A DNA stretch of 64,000 bases, from IMG/VR virus record IMGVR_UViG_3300023435_000009, one strand, 5' to 3'. The position numbers and the translations under genes are program-made. A model generated the notes under the pieces. The model made no database searches. It was given only the letters and a program-made list of their open reading frames with translations, and had not been told where the DNA came from. This document shows positions 23,582 to 33,797 of this stretch, in pieces; position 1 is the stretch's first letter; each line of letters starts with the position of its first letter. This stretch comes from a virus (Duplodnaviria; Caudoviricetes).

Positions 23582-26500
23582 ATGATATTTCAGCAGGAGG
23601 CTGACGATAGGAAGGTTCGGGTTTTTTCATTGAGTTCATCCTTCTTAGAACAGTTTAAGGGACGTCAACCCAAATGGGGTCCGGTCGGATTTCTTACTTA
23701 CAAAAGAACTTACTCCAGGGATCTTCCTGATGGGGGCACGGAGGAGTTCTGGCAAACCTGTCAGCGTGTGGTGGAGGGGTGTTTCAACATCCAGAAGATC
23801 CACTGCCGCCAGATGGGCCTCCCCTGGGTTGAGCAGAAGGCTCAAGGTTCAGCCCAAGACATGTTTGAACGTATGTGGGACTTCAAGTTTTCCCCTCCGG
23901 GGAGGGGCCTGTGGATCATGGGCACTGATCTGGTGTACCAAAGGGGTTCAGCCAGCCTTCAGAATTGTGCCTTCGTCAGCTCTGAGAACATAGGCGAGGA
24001 TTTCGCTGCACCCTTCTGTTTCCTGATGGATATGTCAATGTTAGGTGTTGGTGTAGGGGGTGACACAAAGGGTGTGGGTAAAGCGAAGCTTGTGGCACCG
24101 AGGACAACCTTGGAACCGCATGTGGTGGAGGACAGTCGTGAGGGTTGGGTGGAGTTGATCCGCACCGTGCTCAACTCTTTCGTGGGGAAGGGCCACTATC
24201 CTCTGGTCATCGATTATTCACAGGTTCGGGGGCGGGGTACGCCCATCAAGACGTTCGGTGGTATTGCCTCGGGACCGAAGCCCCTTGCAGGACTGGTAGA
24301 AAACCTCACCAAGATCCTTCTTCCTACAGGGATGAAGGCCCATCACAAGACCGAGACCATTGACGACTGGGCTACGATCCAGACAGCTACAATCACGTTG
24401 GAGGGTGAAGGCGACTCCCGGAGGATCTCTTCGGCTCAGATCGTGGACATTTTCAACTTCATTGGCAAAGCAGTCGTGGCCGGAGGCGTCCGTCGATGTC
24501 TCCCAGCAGGAACCCTAGTGCATACCTCTGAAGGTTTGATTCCTATTGAGAGGGTGAGGAGGGGGTTGTCTGTAGTTACCTCTGACGGATACAGCAAGGT
24601 GACGGATTGGGTTGATCAGGGTGTTCAGCCTATCAGTCAGATAACCACTCAGATGGGTGTTTTCGAGTGTACCGACAAACATCAAATAGCGGTGCTTTCT
24701 GACATCAGGGGTGGTTATATCTGGAAGATGGCTAAGGAGTTGGGTGTTGGTGACCGCATGGTGTTCGTAGACCATGTTCTTGAGGGCACTCCTACGGAGT
24801 TACCCCCCTACAGCTATGATCGGCCTCTGCATTCCACGACGTGTAAGGACATCACAATCCCAGAGTTGGATTCAGAGACAGGTTGGTTTTTAGGACTGCT
24901 GCACGGGGACGGTTACGTGCGGCTGACATCTGGGAAGGGTTTAGTCAGTATTGCTATAGCTGAGGGTCAAGAGGCAATTTTGGAGCGTGCAAAGGCCGTG
25001 TTTAGACGTTTTGGAGTTAACACGGGTATCATTGGTCCCAAAGAGGATGACCGTTGTTTTAAGCTTCGTGCTTCATCAAAACAACTTGCTGACTACTTCT
25101 CTCAATTCAAACAGGCTCATGTTTCGATTGACGTTCCCGATTGTATTCTACAAGGGACACCGTCAGTTCGAGCCGGGTATGTAGCAGGCCTTTTTGACGC
25201 CGATGGTTCGTCTAAGAATCGCCCTCTTGTTGTGGCAGCTAGTGTTTACCCCGATTATTTGAAACAGGTTCAGGCTGTTTTGGCGTCTCTTGGTGTTCCC
25301 TCTCGTTTTCAGTTACATAAGGACAAGTCTCGTGTACCTAATGGGTGGCAGCCACTTTACTATTTGACGGTGGTAGGGGAAAAGGCCGTGTCCCAATGGG
25401 AGAAGCGTGTTGTTCCTTTTGCTTCTAAGTACTGTAATGGGAACAAAACTCCTCGGTCTCAAAATGACTATGGTTTTCCGTCTGCTATGGTCCTTGACGG
25501 AGGTGTGTCTGGATGGGCCGATGGGGGAATGGTTTGGAGTCGGACCAGTCGCCAGATGACAGTTGCTCGACTTGAGTCCGTCACGGGCCGGGAGGTTACC
25601 CTTGTTCCTGTCGCCATCCTGGGTGTGGAACATGCTGTTCGTGAGGATGAGACATATGATCTTTCTGTGGCTGCTAATGAGTTTGTGGTTCAGGGGGGGT
25701 ATCTAGTACATAATACAGCCGAAATAATGTTTGGGGAACCCGATGATCAGGACTTTATCACCCTCAAACAGGATCAGGAAGCATTGGCTGACAGACGTTG
25801 GGCCTGTGTAACAGGTGACACAATGGTGGAGACATCTTTGGGATTTGTGCCCATTCAAAGTTTGGTGGGGAAGAAAGGTCTTCAAGCTCGTGTGAATGGG
25901 AAGTTCTATCCAGTGGCAGGTGTTAAGAAAACGGGACACAAACCTATCTTTCGTATCTCTACGTTGGGGGGGCAAAGTTTAAGAGTTTCAGGGAACCATC
26001 CTTTAATGACACGTCAAGGATGGGTTAGAGCGGAAAATTTGCAGGTTGATGATTGGTTAGTTATTTCTGATAACAGGACATCCTGTTTAGATGAGGTGTT
26101 GCCAACATCTCAAGAGTATCAGCGGGGGTACCTACTAGGATCCTTGATAGGGGATGGGAGTTATGTCCCTACCCATCCGGTTCGTTCTCACATCGCTAGG
26201 ATTGTGATTTATGTAGGAGATTCGGGGTGCGACTCTCTGCGTAATTACATCAGTCAGATTTTCAATTTCCCAACTAGGTCTGATTTTAGGGGCTTTTCTG
26301 GACCACATGGTAAGGGTACTAGAGCATATTGGTTTATTTCAGCCAAGGCTTTTACGGATTTCGCTCATCAATGGGGTGTGAAAAGGGGAAACAAAACACT
26401 GACTTCTCAGATGGAGTCTGGGTCTTTGAGCTTTGTGGCTGGTGTTGCCTCTGGTCTTTTTGATGCTGACGGTTATGTAATGAAAAAACGACGAACGTTG

Positions 26501-27934
26501 GCAATCGATCAAAGTTGTCCGATTCTTTTGGAGCGTTTGCAGAGAATGTTGTTCCGGTTGGGGATCACCTCTAGGGTACACAAGGTTCGAAACGCTCAGT
26601 GTAAAGACTTCCAGGGTAAGATTGCTAACTGCAAAGCTGTTTATCGGCTTATCCTTGCAGGGCACTCCGAGGCAGCACGCTTTGTGTCCTTGTGTGGGAT
26701 ACATCATCAACCGAAGCTGCTGACCTGGCAAGGGGTTGGGACACCAAGTAGAGAAAGTAATCTTCCGCCGCTTTATTTTAAGGTTACGTCTATTAACAAG
26801 GATCCGGTAGAGGCTGTTTTTGATATGTCCGTGCCAGAGGTGAAGTCCTTTTCGGCTAGTGGTTTTCTGGTACACAACTCAAATAATTCCATTTTTGGTT
26901 ACGTGGGGATGAATTACGCTGAGGTCGCCCGGTCCATGGCTGTCAATGGAGAGCCTGGTATCTTTTGGTTGGACAATGCTCGGAAGTTTTCTCGCATGGG
27001 GCATTCTCCTGATAATAAGGATTGGCGGGTAGGTGGCACAAACCCATGTGGCGAACAATCATTGGAGAGTTGGGAGTTGTGTAATTTAGTCGAAACTTAC
27101 CCGGCGCATCATGACACATACGAGGACTTCGAGCGCACTTTGAAAATGGCCTATTTGTATGCTAAGACCGTGACCTTGGTTCCGACCCATGATCCTCGGG
27201 CGAATGCTGTGATGATGCGGAATCGTCGTATCGGATGTTCTATGTCCGGAATCGTTCAAGCGATGGCTCGGTTTGGGCGGAGGGACTTCCTGAACTGGTG
27301 CGACCGAGGTTACACCTACGTTCAGAAGCTGGACCGAATTTATTCGGACTGGTTGGGTATCCCCCTGAGCATCAAGACTACAACATGTAAACCTTCAGGA
27401 ACCGTCAGTTTGCTCTGTGGGGCGACACCGGGCATCCATTACCCCCACAGCGAGTACTACATCCGCCGGGTCCGCATCCAGGCTACCAGCCCCCTGATCA
27501 AGATCTGTGTGGATGCCGGTTACCCCGTGGAGCCTGACGTCGTTGCCGACGACACCGTTGTCGTGTCCTTTCCTGTCAAGGAGAAGCTCTTTGTGAAGGG
27601 GAAGGAGCAGGTTACCGTGTGGGAGCAGTTCGCCAACGCTGCTGCCTTGCAGCATCACTGGACAGATAATCAGGTCTCCATTACAGTATCTTTTGGGAAG
27701 GATGAGGTTGAGGACCTACAGGCTTGTTTGGAGATGTTCGAGGACAAGCTCAAAGCGGTCTCTGTGCTTCCTCTCGGGGACCACGGATACAAGCAGGCCC
27801 CCTACGAAGCCATCACCGAGGCGGAGTACACTGAGATGACTGCTCGGATCACTCCGATGCTGCTGGACTCTGTACACCATGACACGGATGATTCCTTCTG
27901 TTCCGGGGACAAGTGTATGCTCCCTGTCTCATAG
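23582..27934 (+). CDS. nrdJ: Class II (B12-dependent) ribonucleotide reductase with two inteins
   Basis: FSPPGRGLW, LQNCAF, GTNPCGEQ..ELCNL, TCKPSGT; GGAGG RBS favours ATG 23582. Confidence 0.9.
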   Translation: MIFQQEADDRKVRVFSLSSSFLEQFKGRQPKWGPVGFLTYKRTYSRDLPDGGTEEFWQTCQRVVEGCFNIQKIHCRQMGLPWVEQKAQGSAQDMFERMWDFKFSPPGRGLWIMGTDLVYQRGSASLQNCAFVSSENIGEDFAAPFCFLMDMSMLGVGVGGDTKGVGKAKLVAPRTTLEPHVVEDSREGWVELIRTVLNSFVGKGHYPLVIDYSQVRGRGTPIKTFGGIASGPKPLAGLVENLTKILLPTGMKAHHKTETIDDWATIQTATITLEGEGDSRRISSAQIVDIFNFIGKAVVAGGVRRCLPAGTLVHTSEGLIPIERVRRGLSVVTSDGYSKVTDWVDQGVQPISQITTQMGVFECTDKHQIAVLSDIRGGYIWKMAKELGVGDRMVFVDHVLEGTPTELPPYSYDRPLHSTTCKDITIPELDSETGWFLGLLHGDGYVRLTSGKGLVSIAIAEGQEAILERAKAVFRRFGVNTGIIGPKEDDRCFKLRASSKQLADYFSQFKQAHVSIDVPDCILQGTPSVRAGYVAGLFDADGSSKNRPLVVAASVYPDYLKQVQAVLASLGVPSRFQLHKDKSRVPNGWQPLYYLTVVGEKAVSQWEKRVVPFASKYCNGNKTPRSQNDYGFPSAMVLDGGVSGWADGGMVWSRTSRQMTVARLESVTGREVTLVPVAILGVEHAVREDETYDLSVAANEFVVQGGYLVHNTAEIMFGEPDDQDFITLKQDQEALADRRWACVTGDTMVETSLGFVPIQSLVGKKGLQARVNGKFYPVAGVKKTGHKPIFRISTLGGQSLRVSGNHPLMTRQGWVRAENLQVDDWLVISDNRTSCLDEVLPTSQEYQRGYLLGSLIGDGSYVPTHPVRSHIARIVIYVGDSGCDSLRNYISQIFNFPTRSDFRGFSGPHGKGTRAYWFISAKAFTDFAHQWGVKRGNKTLTSQMESGSLSFVAGVASGLFDADGYVMKKRRTLAIDQSCPILLERLQRMLFRLGITSRVHKVRNAQCKDFQGKIANCKAVYRLILAGHSEAARFVSLCGIHHQPKLLTWQGVGTPSRESNLPPLYFKVTSINKDPVEAVFDMSVPEVKSFSASGFLVHNSNNSIFGYVGMNYAEVARSMAVNGEPGIFWLDNARKFSRMGHSPDNKDWRVGGTNPCGEQSLESWELCNLVETYPAHHDTYEDFERTLKMAYLYAKTVTLVPTHDPRANAVMMRNRRIGCSMSGIVQAMARFGRRDFLNWCDRGYTYVQKLDRIYSDWLGIPLSIKTTTCKPSGTVSLLCGATPGIHYPHSEYYIRRVRIQATSPLIKICVDAGYPVEPDVVADDTVVVSFPVKEKLFVKGKEQVTVWEQFANAAALQHHWTDNQVSITVSFGKDEVEDLQACLEMFEDKLKAVSVLPLGDHGYKQAPYEAITEAEYTEMTARITPMLLDSVHHDTDDSFCSGDKCMLPVS
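24497..25714 (+). mobile_element. Intein 1 in NrdJ (406 aa, LAGLIDADG)
   Basis: GGVRR|CLPAGT ... GYLVHN|T; FLGLLHGDG and VAGLFDADG. Confidence 0.92.
25805..26878 (+). mobile_element. Intein 2 in NrdJ (358 aa, LAGLIDADG)
   Basis: RRWA|CVTGDT ... GFLVHN|S; LLGSLIGDG and ASGLFDADG. Confidence 0.92.
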
Positions 27935-27962
27935 TTCCTGACCTCCCCCAAATGAGTAGAGG

Positions 27963-28469
27963 ATGATGATGGTGAAGGAAGAACATTTCAGGTCTTTGGT
28001 GCTGGCGGGATTGTTCCAGAGGGACGCCGCTGGAGTCCTCTATGTCCTCAAAGAGGACGGCGAGGTGGTAGACCTGGACAAGGAGTTGGTTCCTTTTGTC
28101 GGTCGCAATGTGAAGATGGTCCTGCATTTCAACCCAGTCACCCCGGATCCAACCAAGAGGGGTATGGGTTGTTGTCATTGGGACAACAACCCCCAGGATT
28201 GCCCTGCAGGGCACAATGACGATCCAGGCAAAATGCTGGTCTTCCAGGCTCAAGGTGAGATGACCGACATTCCCGTTTGGGCTGTTGGGGGTGTTGTTCT
28301 CCCCTTTGACGAAGTGCCCGGCCATGACACCCGGCTGGTTCTCGCCACCGACTTCAAAATGCCCAAAAACATGAGCGCTAATGACCTGTCCAGTATGATG
28401 GACGAGATTGCAGGAATGCGTCTGTTTCTTGAGGGGGTGACGGCGGGGATCCCAAAGGGGAAGCGCTAG
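27963..28469 (+). CDS. Hypothetical protein with CC..W..C..H motif
   Basis: 168-aa ORF coupled to the helicase gene. Confidence 0.65.
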   Translation: MMMVKEEHFRSLVLAGLFQRDAAGVLYVLKEDGEVVDLDKELVPFVGRNVKMVLHFNPVTPDPTKRGMGCCHWDNNPQDCPAGHNDDPGKMLVFQAQGEMTDIPVWAVGGVVLPFDEVPGHDTRLVLATDFKMPKNMSANDLSSMMDEIAGMRLFLEGVTAGIPKGKR

Positions 28470-30820
28470 TGTATTTTTCAGGGCGAGTACATACCGTCGT
28501 CTATGACGATCCCGCCAAGGCGTTCTACATTCTGAAGATGGTGCTGGATGAGGTTGACGACGGCATCGTTTCCGTGAAGGGTTCGATCCCTGGGATGCCC
28601 GTTAAGATCGGCACCTGGTTTGGGTTCGAGGCTTCCTGGGTGAAGCACAAGAGCTATGGCGACCAACTGTCCATCAGCAAAGCTCCCGTCCTCAAATCGT
28701 CCTGGGACGTACCTTCCGCAGTTCATGCCCTCGTGTCCTATGGGGTGGGTGAGCGGGTGGTGGCCTCAATCCGGGAGTTCTTCGGGGAGGACGACTTCAT
28801 CCCCGCATTAGGGAAGGCTGAGTCGTTGGAGGAGGTTCCCGGTTTAGACTCCTTCACAGCTCTCTATGTCCATCAGCGTTGGACGAAGGTGCAGGCGTAT
28901 TTCAAGGGCCTGGCTTTCCTGTTGGATCTCCGGTTGCCTCCGGCAGTGGTGAAGCGGGTGTGGTCGATGTTTGGGGATGATGTCGCTGACGTGCTGGGGG
29001 CCAATCCCTGGGCCTTGACTAAGGTGAACGGCATCTCCTTCCATCAGGCCGATGAGATTGCCAAGCGATTGGGGGTGTCCATGGACTCTCCCGCACGCCT
29101 CCAAGGTCTCATCGTGTATGTGTCCAAGTCCCGGCGGCAGATGGGCCACATGTACATGAGCACCCCGCAACTGGCAGCGGAGGTGGGTGTCACGATTGCT
29201 GACGTACCCCCAAAGGAGTTGGGGGCGGCTATTGCAGTCAGCCACAAGAACGAGGGCATTGTTGTCGACCGGGATGTGAAGCCGGGGACCTTTGCCATTT
29301 ACGATCCCTGGTCCTACCAACTGGAGAAGGATTCTGCAGAGATGTTGCAGGGCAGGCTCAAAACCGCCAGCTTCAAGGGAGTAAGGCAGGCCACCAAGGA
29401 GTACCTCCAGCGATTGGCTCTGTTTGGCACCCGGACGGAGAAGGCAGCGAAGACGAAACGGCCCCGATTGGCATCCGTAGTTTCGGTGGCCGTGGACGAG
29501 TGGGGGGCCTCCAACAAGCTCGTGTTGTCCGAGGATCAGAAGAGGGGGGCAGTTAATGCTCTTCTCGCTCCTGTGTCGATTCTTACGGGCCTACCGGGTA
29601 CCGGCAAAACCACGGGTTTACGGGCCGTTGTGAACATCCTTCAAGAGGCGGGGGTGAAATTCCTCCTGTGTGCTCCGACTGGGATTGCTGCGAAGAACCT
29701 GGGTGCGCTGACAGGTGCCTCGGCCTCTACCATCCATAGGGCTTTTGCTGCCCGTGGGAAGCGTGACGACCAGAGGGCCTCCACCTACATCGGGGTGGTC
29801 GGCAACAGTTCTGGTGGACTCTCCATGTCTGAGAGGGACGAGGAGTGGGGTTACGATCAGGATAACCCTTACCCTGCTGAGGTCGTCATCCTTGACGAGG
29901 CATCTATGCTAGACCAGCACCTCTTGTACCGCCTGCTGAATTGTACCTCTCCAAAGACCCGGCTCGTTATTGTAGGGGATGCTGCCCAGCTTCCTTCGGT
30001 CGGTCCTGGAAACGTTCTTCGGGACATGATTAACTCGGGGCTGTTCCCTGTGACGGACCTCCGGGAGATTTTCCGTCAGAAGGACACATCAGCGATTGTG
30101 TTTGCTGCCCACGACATCTTCAGGGGAGAAGTTCCAGAGTTCTCATCCTCCCCGGAGTTCACCCTGATACATACCCGCAGTGAGGATCACGCCCAGGCTG
30201 TTATTCTGGAGTTGGCGCAGAAGCTCTACAAGAGGCGTGCGAACTTCCAGGTTCTAAGCCCAAGACATTCGGGAACGGTGGGCGTCACAAGTCTGAACGC
30301 TCGGCTCCGAGATCTGTTGAATCCCGCTCGGGATGGTCTCCATGAGTTCCGACTGGGCGCCGACAGTATCGTGAGAGAGGATGACCGTGTGATGGTGGTC
30401 AGGAACGACTACAAGTTGGGGGTGTATAACGGGGACGTGGGGAAGATCGTTCATGTTGACCAGAAGGCCAAGGAGATAGAGGTCAAGATTTTCGGTGACC
30501 CCGTCCTCCAGGTCCGGATCACATTCCGAAAAGCACCGACGACCATCCGCCTTGCTTATGCCTGTACCGTCCACAAGGCCCAGGGCCTGGAGTACGACGT
30601 CATCGTGCTGCCCCTCGTGGACTCCTTCAGGCATCAGCTTCAGCGGAATCTCCTCTACACAGCGGTGACGAGGGCAAAGCAGGGTGTGGTTCTTGTAGGA
30701 ACCCCCTCGGCTCTCACTACAGCAGTCCTGAATGATCGTGAGGACCAACGCAACACTCTGTTAAGGGATCGCCTTAATTCTTCCTGCGATCCACCAACAT
30801 CGGCGGTCGTCTGCGAGTAG
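28469..30820 (+). CDS. recD: RecD2/TraA-like SF1B helicase
   Basis: GLPGTGKT, LDEASM, GDAAQLPSVGPG, TVHKAQG, LYTAVTRAK; N-terminal extension. Confidence 0.9.
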   Translation: MYFSGRVHTVVYDDPAKAFYILKMVLDEVDDGIVSVKGSIPGMPVKIGTWFGFEASWVKHKSYGDQLSISKAPVLKSSWDVPSAVHALVSYGVGERVVASIREFFGEDDFIPALGKAESLEEVPGLDSFTALYVHQRWTKVQAYFKGLAFLLDLRLPPAVVKRVWSMFGDDVADVLGANPWALTKVNGISFHQADEIAKRLGVSMDSPARLQGLIVYVSKSRRQMGHMYMSTPQLAAEVGVTIADVPPKELGAAIAVSHKNEGIVVDRDVKPGTFAIYDPWSYQLEKDSAEMLQGRLKTASFKGVRQATKEYLQRLALFGTRTEKAAKTKRPRLASVVSVAVDEWGASNKLVLSEDQKRGAVNALLAPVSILTGLPGTGKTTGLRAVVNILQEAGVKFLLCAPTGIAAKNLGALTGASASTIHRAFAARGKRDDQRASTYIGVVGNSSGGLSMSERDEEWGYDQDNPYPAEVVILDEASMLDQHLLYRLLNCTSPKTRLVIVGDAAQLPSVGPGNVLRDMINSGLFPVTDLREIFRQKDTSAIVFAAHDIFRGEVPEFSSSPEFTLIHTRSEDHAQAVILELAQKLYKRRANFQVLSPRHSGTVGVTSLNARLRDLLNPARDGLHEFRLGADSIVREDDRVMVVRNDYKLGVYNGDVGKIVHVDQKAKEIEVKIFGDPVLQVRITFRKAPTTIRLAYACTVHKAQGLEYDVIVLPLVDSFRHQLQRNLLYTAVTRAKQGVVLVGTPSALTTAVLNDREDQRNTLLRDRLNSSCDPPTSAVVCE

Positions 30821-30854
30821 ATGATCCTGGCTGTTGCCGATTGAGGAGACCGAA

Positions 30855-31262
30855 ATGGACATCAAAAGCGATCCCCTGATTCAGAGGCTCAAGGAGCGGT
30901 TGCGTGTCACCAAGGTGGTTTGTACCCGTTCTGTGAAGGGTCGCAGTGGTGACCACTACGTTGGGTTCTCCGCCGCCTGGGATAGCACCCAAGACGACGC
31001 CGGGGGCGCTGCCGATCTGATGACCCCCCAGGGTGAGGGGGATATGGCTATTGCACAGACTCAGATAGGGATGACCCTCAAGGAGGCCAAGGTCGCAGCC
31101 TTCGTACTTGGGATGCAGGCGGACATCGCTGCTCATGACCATTCGGCTGCGGGTGGTAGCATCTCGGAGGAGCAGCGGGATCAGGCTCTCCGTGCGATCA
31201 AGACCAACTACTCCCGCCTCATTGTGGACATGCTCGGGGATGGCGGGGGAGGGCTAGAATGA
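30855..31262 (+). CDS. Hypothetical protein
   Basis: GAGGAG RBS before ATG 30855. Confidence 0.65.
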   Translation: MDIKSDPLIQRLKERLRVTKVVCTRSVKGRSGDHYVGFSAAWDSTQDDAGGAADLMTPQGEGDMAIAQTQIGMTLKEAKVAAFVLGMQADIAAHDHSAAGGSISEEQRDQALRAIKTNYSRLIVDMLGDGGGGLE

Positions 31263-32284
31263 CTGACGAGTCCCAGGATCCGGTCGTAGAGGAGCCTTCG
31301 GAGGCTCCCAAGATCGTGGTGTTTCCGCCAGATGATGCCGAGGCCATCTTCACCGAATTAGGCACCCTCAGTGTTGAGCTTGATGAGGATCCCCTGGCTT
31401 TCGGACCGAAGCGGCTGAACAAGAAGACCGCCGTGGTCCGCCGTATGCTGGATCGTTGCGAACGCATTTTCTTGGATGTGTCCCAGCGGTTGTACTGGAC
31501 GAAGCGGCATCTCCGTGTGGTAGAGACGGGTCTGGACATGGCCAAGAAGCGCCTGTTCGCTGACGATCCTGAAACCCGTGCTGGTCGTTCCGTGGCTGAT
31601 CGGGAAGCCATTGCCCAGGGGAAACTCTCCGGCGAAGTGCGGAAGATGCATGACCTGGAGATGCTGACGGCGGATCTGGATGCCGTCCTGGTCGTGGTGA
31701 AGTCCAAGCGATATGATCTGAAGGACACTGAGGGTCGTTTGCGGGACCAGATCCGGTTGTGTCAGACTGAGTTGGTCGTAGGACACCAGTGGGGGTCAAG
31801 AGTACCTCCTGCTGAGACAAGTGTGAACCTGGAGGAAGGTCGTCCAGCACAGTCTGATGCGGCCAGTATCAAAGAGATCATTGGGAGGGTGGACAGTGAG
31901 GTTCACCTTGCTCAGGACTCTGGTGACTGGGAGGATCCCGTTGTGGCAGAGGAGGTTCCCACCTCGGTGGTCTCCCCTGAGGAGGCAACACCCCCGGAAC
32001 CAGAGCCTGTGGCCGAGGCAGTAGTTGTAGAACCAGACCCCCTTGTGGAAGTGCCCCCTGTGGGGCCTACGTCGCTTGTGGACGAGCTTCTACCAGAGAC
32101 TGGTGTGGTGGCTTCGGGTGAGGCTATCCTGCCTCCTACGGTGTCCGCTGAGTCCGCTGAGGTGTTCCTGGAGACCTTGACGATGAATGACGCCAGGAAG
32201 GAACCCCCACCACCCCCCACTGGGAGGATGGCAATCCCCGAAGAGAATCTTTTAGATCTTCTTGCAGAATTTGAGGCTCCATAG
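31259..32284 (+). CDS. Helical protein with acidic Pro-rich tail (possibly UvsY-like mediator)
   Basis: Coiled-coil N-terminal half; between helicase and SSB/RuvC/RecA; function inferred from context only. Confidence 0.45.
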   Translation: MTDESQDPVVEEPSEAPKIVVFPPDDAEAIFTELGTLSVELDEDPLAFGPKRLNKKTAVVRRMLDRCERIFLDVSQRLYWTKRHLRVVETGLDMAKKRLFADDPETRAGRSVADREAIAQGKLSGEVRKMHDLEMLTADLDAVLVVVKSKRYDLKDTEGRLRDQIRLCQTELVVGHQWGSRVPPAETSVNLEEGRPAQSDAASIKEIIGRVDSEVHLAQDSGDWEDPVVAEEVPTSVVSPEEATPPEPEPVAEAVVVEPDPLVEVPPVGPTSLVDELLPETGVVASGEAILPPTVSAESAEVFLETLTMNDARKEPPPPPTGRMAIPEENLLDLLAEFEAP

Positions 32285-32372
32285 AGTCCCTTTTTAATCC
32301 CGTTCGGGTAGAAGATGATGACGGAACCTGTCTAGTAGACCTTGTTCCGTCCATACAACAGCCGGGAGGCAA

Positions 32373-33113
32373 ATGATGAGCGACGGTACATTCAGTTTTG
32401 GTCAGAACGACGACCACATCGGTTTCAAGACGAAGGCTTGGAAAGCGCAGGGTGGCAACACCTACCGTCTCTCCTTTGCCTGGTGGAGCCAGAACGAGGC
32501 GGGAGAGCCCGATCTGGGAGAGGCGGACAGTGGGCAGGCCCCGCTGTTTTCGGGTGGACCCGTCAATTTCATCCAGGGTGCCGGGTACGTGATGAACAGG
32601 GGGCCAGAGTACACGAAGATGGCTGGTGAGCCCCCCCGCCAGCGTATCGTGACCGTCGTCATCGTGTGGCCGACCGACAAGCGGGGTGCTCTGTCCTCGG
32701 AGCGCCTCCAGGCCGGTGAGTACGAGGTTAAGCCCTGGGTCATTTCCGCCGACAAGTACAAGACGCTGGAGCAGATCCACGCCGAGTTCGGTTTCGGTGA
32801 GCACGACGTTACTGCCAAGTGCGAAGAGGGTGGCACGCAGTTCCAGAAGATGACGTTCACCCCCTGCAAGGAGAATCTTTACCGTCAGTTCCTGACATCC
32901 CCCAAGGGAGCGAAGGTGGCGGGCGAGATCAAGGAGGCCGTGGCGGGCCTCGTGGCGAACGTCCAGGACTTCATTGGGCGTGAAATGACGATCTCGCAGC
33001 TTCGGGAGAAGCTCCAGGGTGCTGGTGGGGCACCCGCCCCCCTCGACGTCGGGGACAATGCTGTCGCCTCCGGGGACATCGAGAGCGTGGTGAGCGGTCT
33101 CCTGGACGACTAA
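32373..33113 (+). CDS. Putative single-stranded DNA-binding protein
   Basis: Aromatic-rich beta-type core, acidic C-terminus (DIESVVSGLLDD), upstream of ruvC-recA. Confidence 0.55.
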   Translation: MMSDGTFSFGQNDDHIGFKTKAWKAQGGNTYRLSFAWWSQNEAGEPDLGEADSGQAPLFSGGPVNFIQGAGYVMNRGPEYTKMAGEPPRQRIVTVVIVWPTDKRGALSSERLQAGEYEVKPWVISADKYKTLEQIHAEFGFGEHDVTAKCEEGGTQFQKMTFTPCKENLYRQFLTSPKGAKVAGEIKEAVAGLVANVQDFIGREMTISQLREKLQGAGGAPAPLDVGDNAVASGDIESVVSGLLDD

Positions 33114-33131
33114 TTCAGGGAGGGGACGGGG

Positions 33132-33797
33132 ATGCGAGTTTTGGGGTTTGACCCAAGTCTTACGAATTTTGGGTGGGCCATCCATGACTCGGACACCCCT
33201 GAGGGCTCGACTGCTAGATGTCTGAGTCGGGGACGTTTTCAAACTAGCGCCAAGACGCTCTTCATCGACCGCTACTGCGAGTTGAGGGAGAGCGTCAGGC
33301 TGCTGGTTGAGCGGTGTGGGGTGACCTATGGGATCACCCTCGTCAGTTTGGAGTACCCCGTTTTCCACGAGATGTATAGTGAGGGACTGTATGGGCTGTT
33401 CCTGTACGTTTGTGAAGCGCTGCGAGCGGCACAGGTCGACGTGGTGTTCTTCTCCCCTGGGCAGATCAAGTCCCATTGTCACACCTTCCTCCAACGCCCC
33501 AAAGGCTGGAAGATGATGAAACCGGACATGGTAGAGGGGGCCAAGCTGGACGCCGGTGGGAAGGGTCGCTGGAACCATAATGAGGCCGATGCCTATTGGG
33601 CAGCGAGGGCTGGTGCCCGTTTCTGGTCGTTCTACAAGGGGGTCCTGAAGGAAAGCGATCTGACCCCCAAAGAACTGAAGCAGTTTACGGAGATCCACAC
33701 CTACCAGCGGGGCAAGAGGGCGGGTCAGACGGTAGTGCGGGGCATTTGTCACCGTGAGGATGAGCGTTTTTTCCTTTGGTCTAAGGGAGTCAACTGA
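33132..33797 (+). CDS. ruvC: RuvC-like Holliday junction resolvase
   Basis: VLGFDPSLTNFG, SLEYP, HNEADAY. Confidence 0.82.
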   Translation: MRVLGFDPSLTNFGWAIHDSDTPEGSTARCLSRGRFQTSAKTLFIDRYCELRESVRLLVERCGVTYGITLVSLEYPVFHEMYSEGLYGLFLYVCEALRAAQVDVVFFSPGQIKSHCHTFLQRPKGWKMMKPDMVEGAKLDAGGKGRWNHNEADAYWAARAGARFWSFYKGVLKESDLTPKELKQFTEIHTYQRGKRAGQTVVRGICHREDERFFLWSKGVN

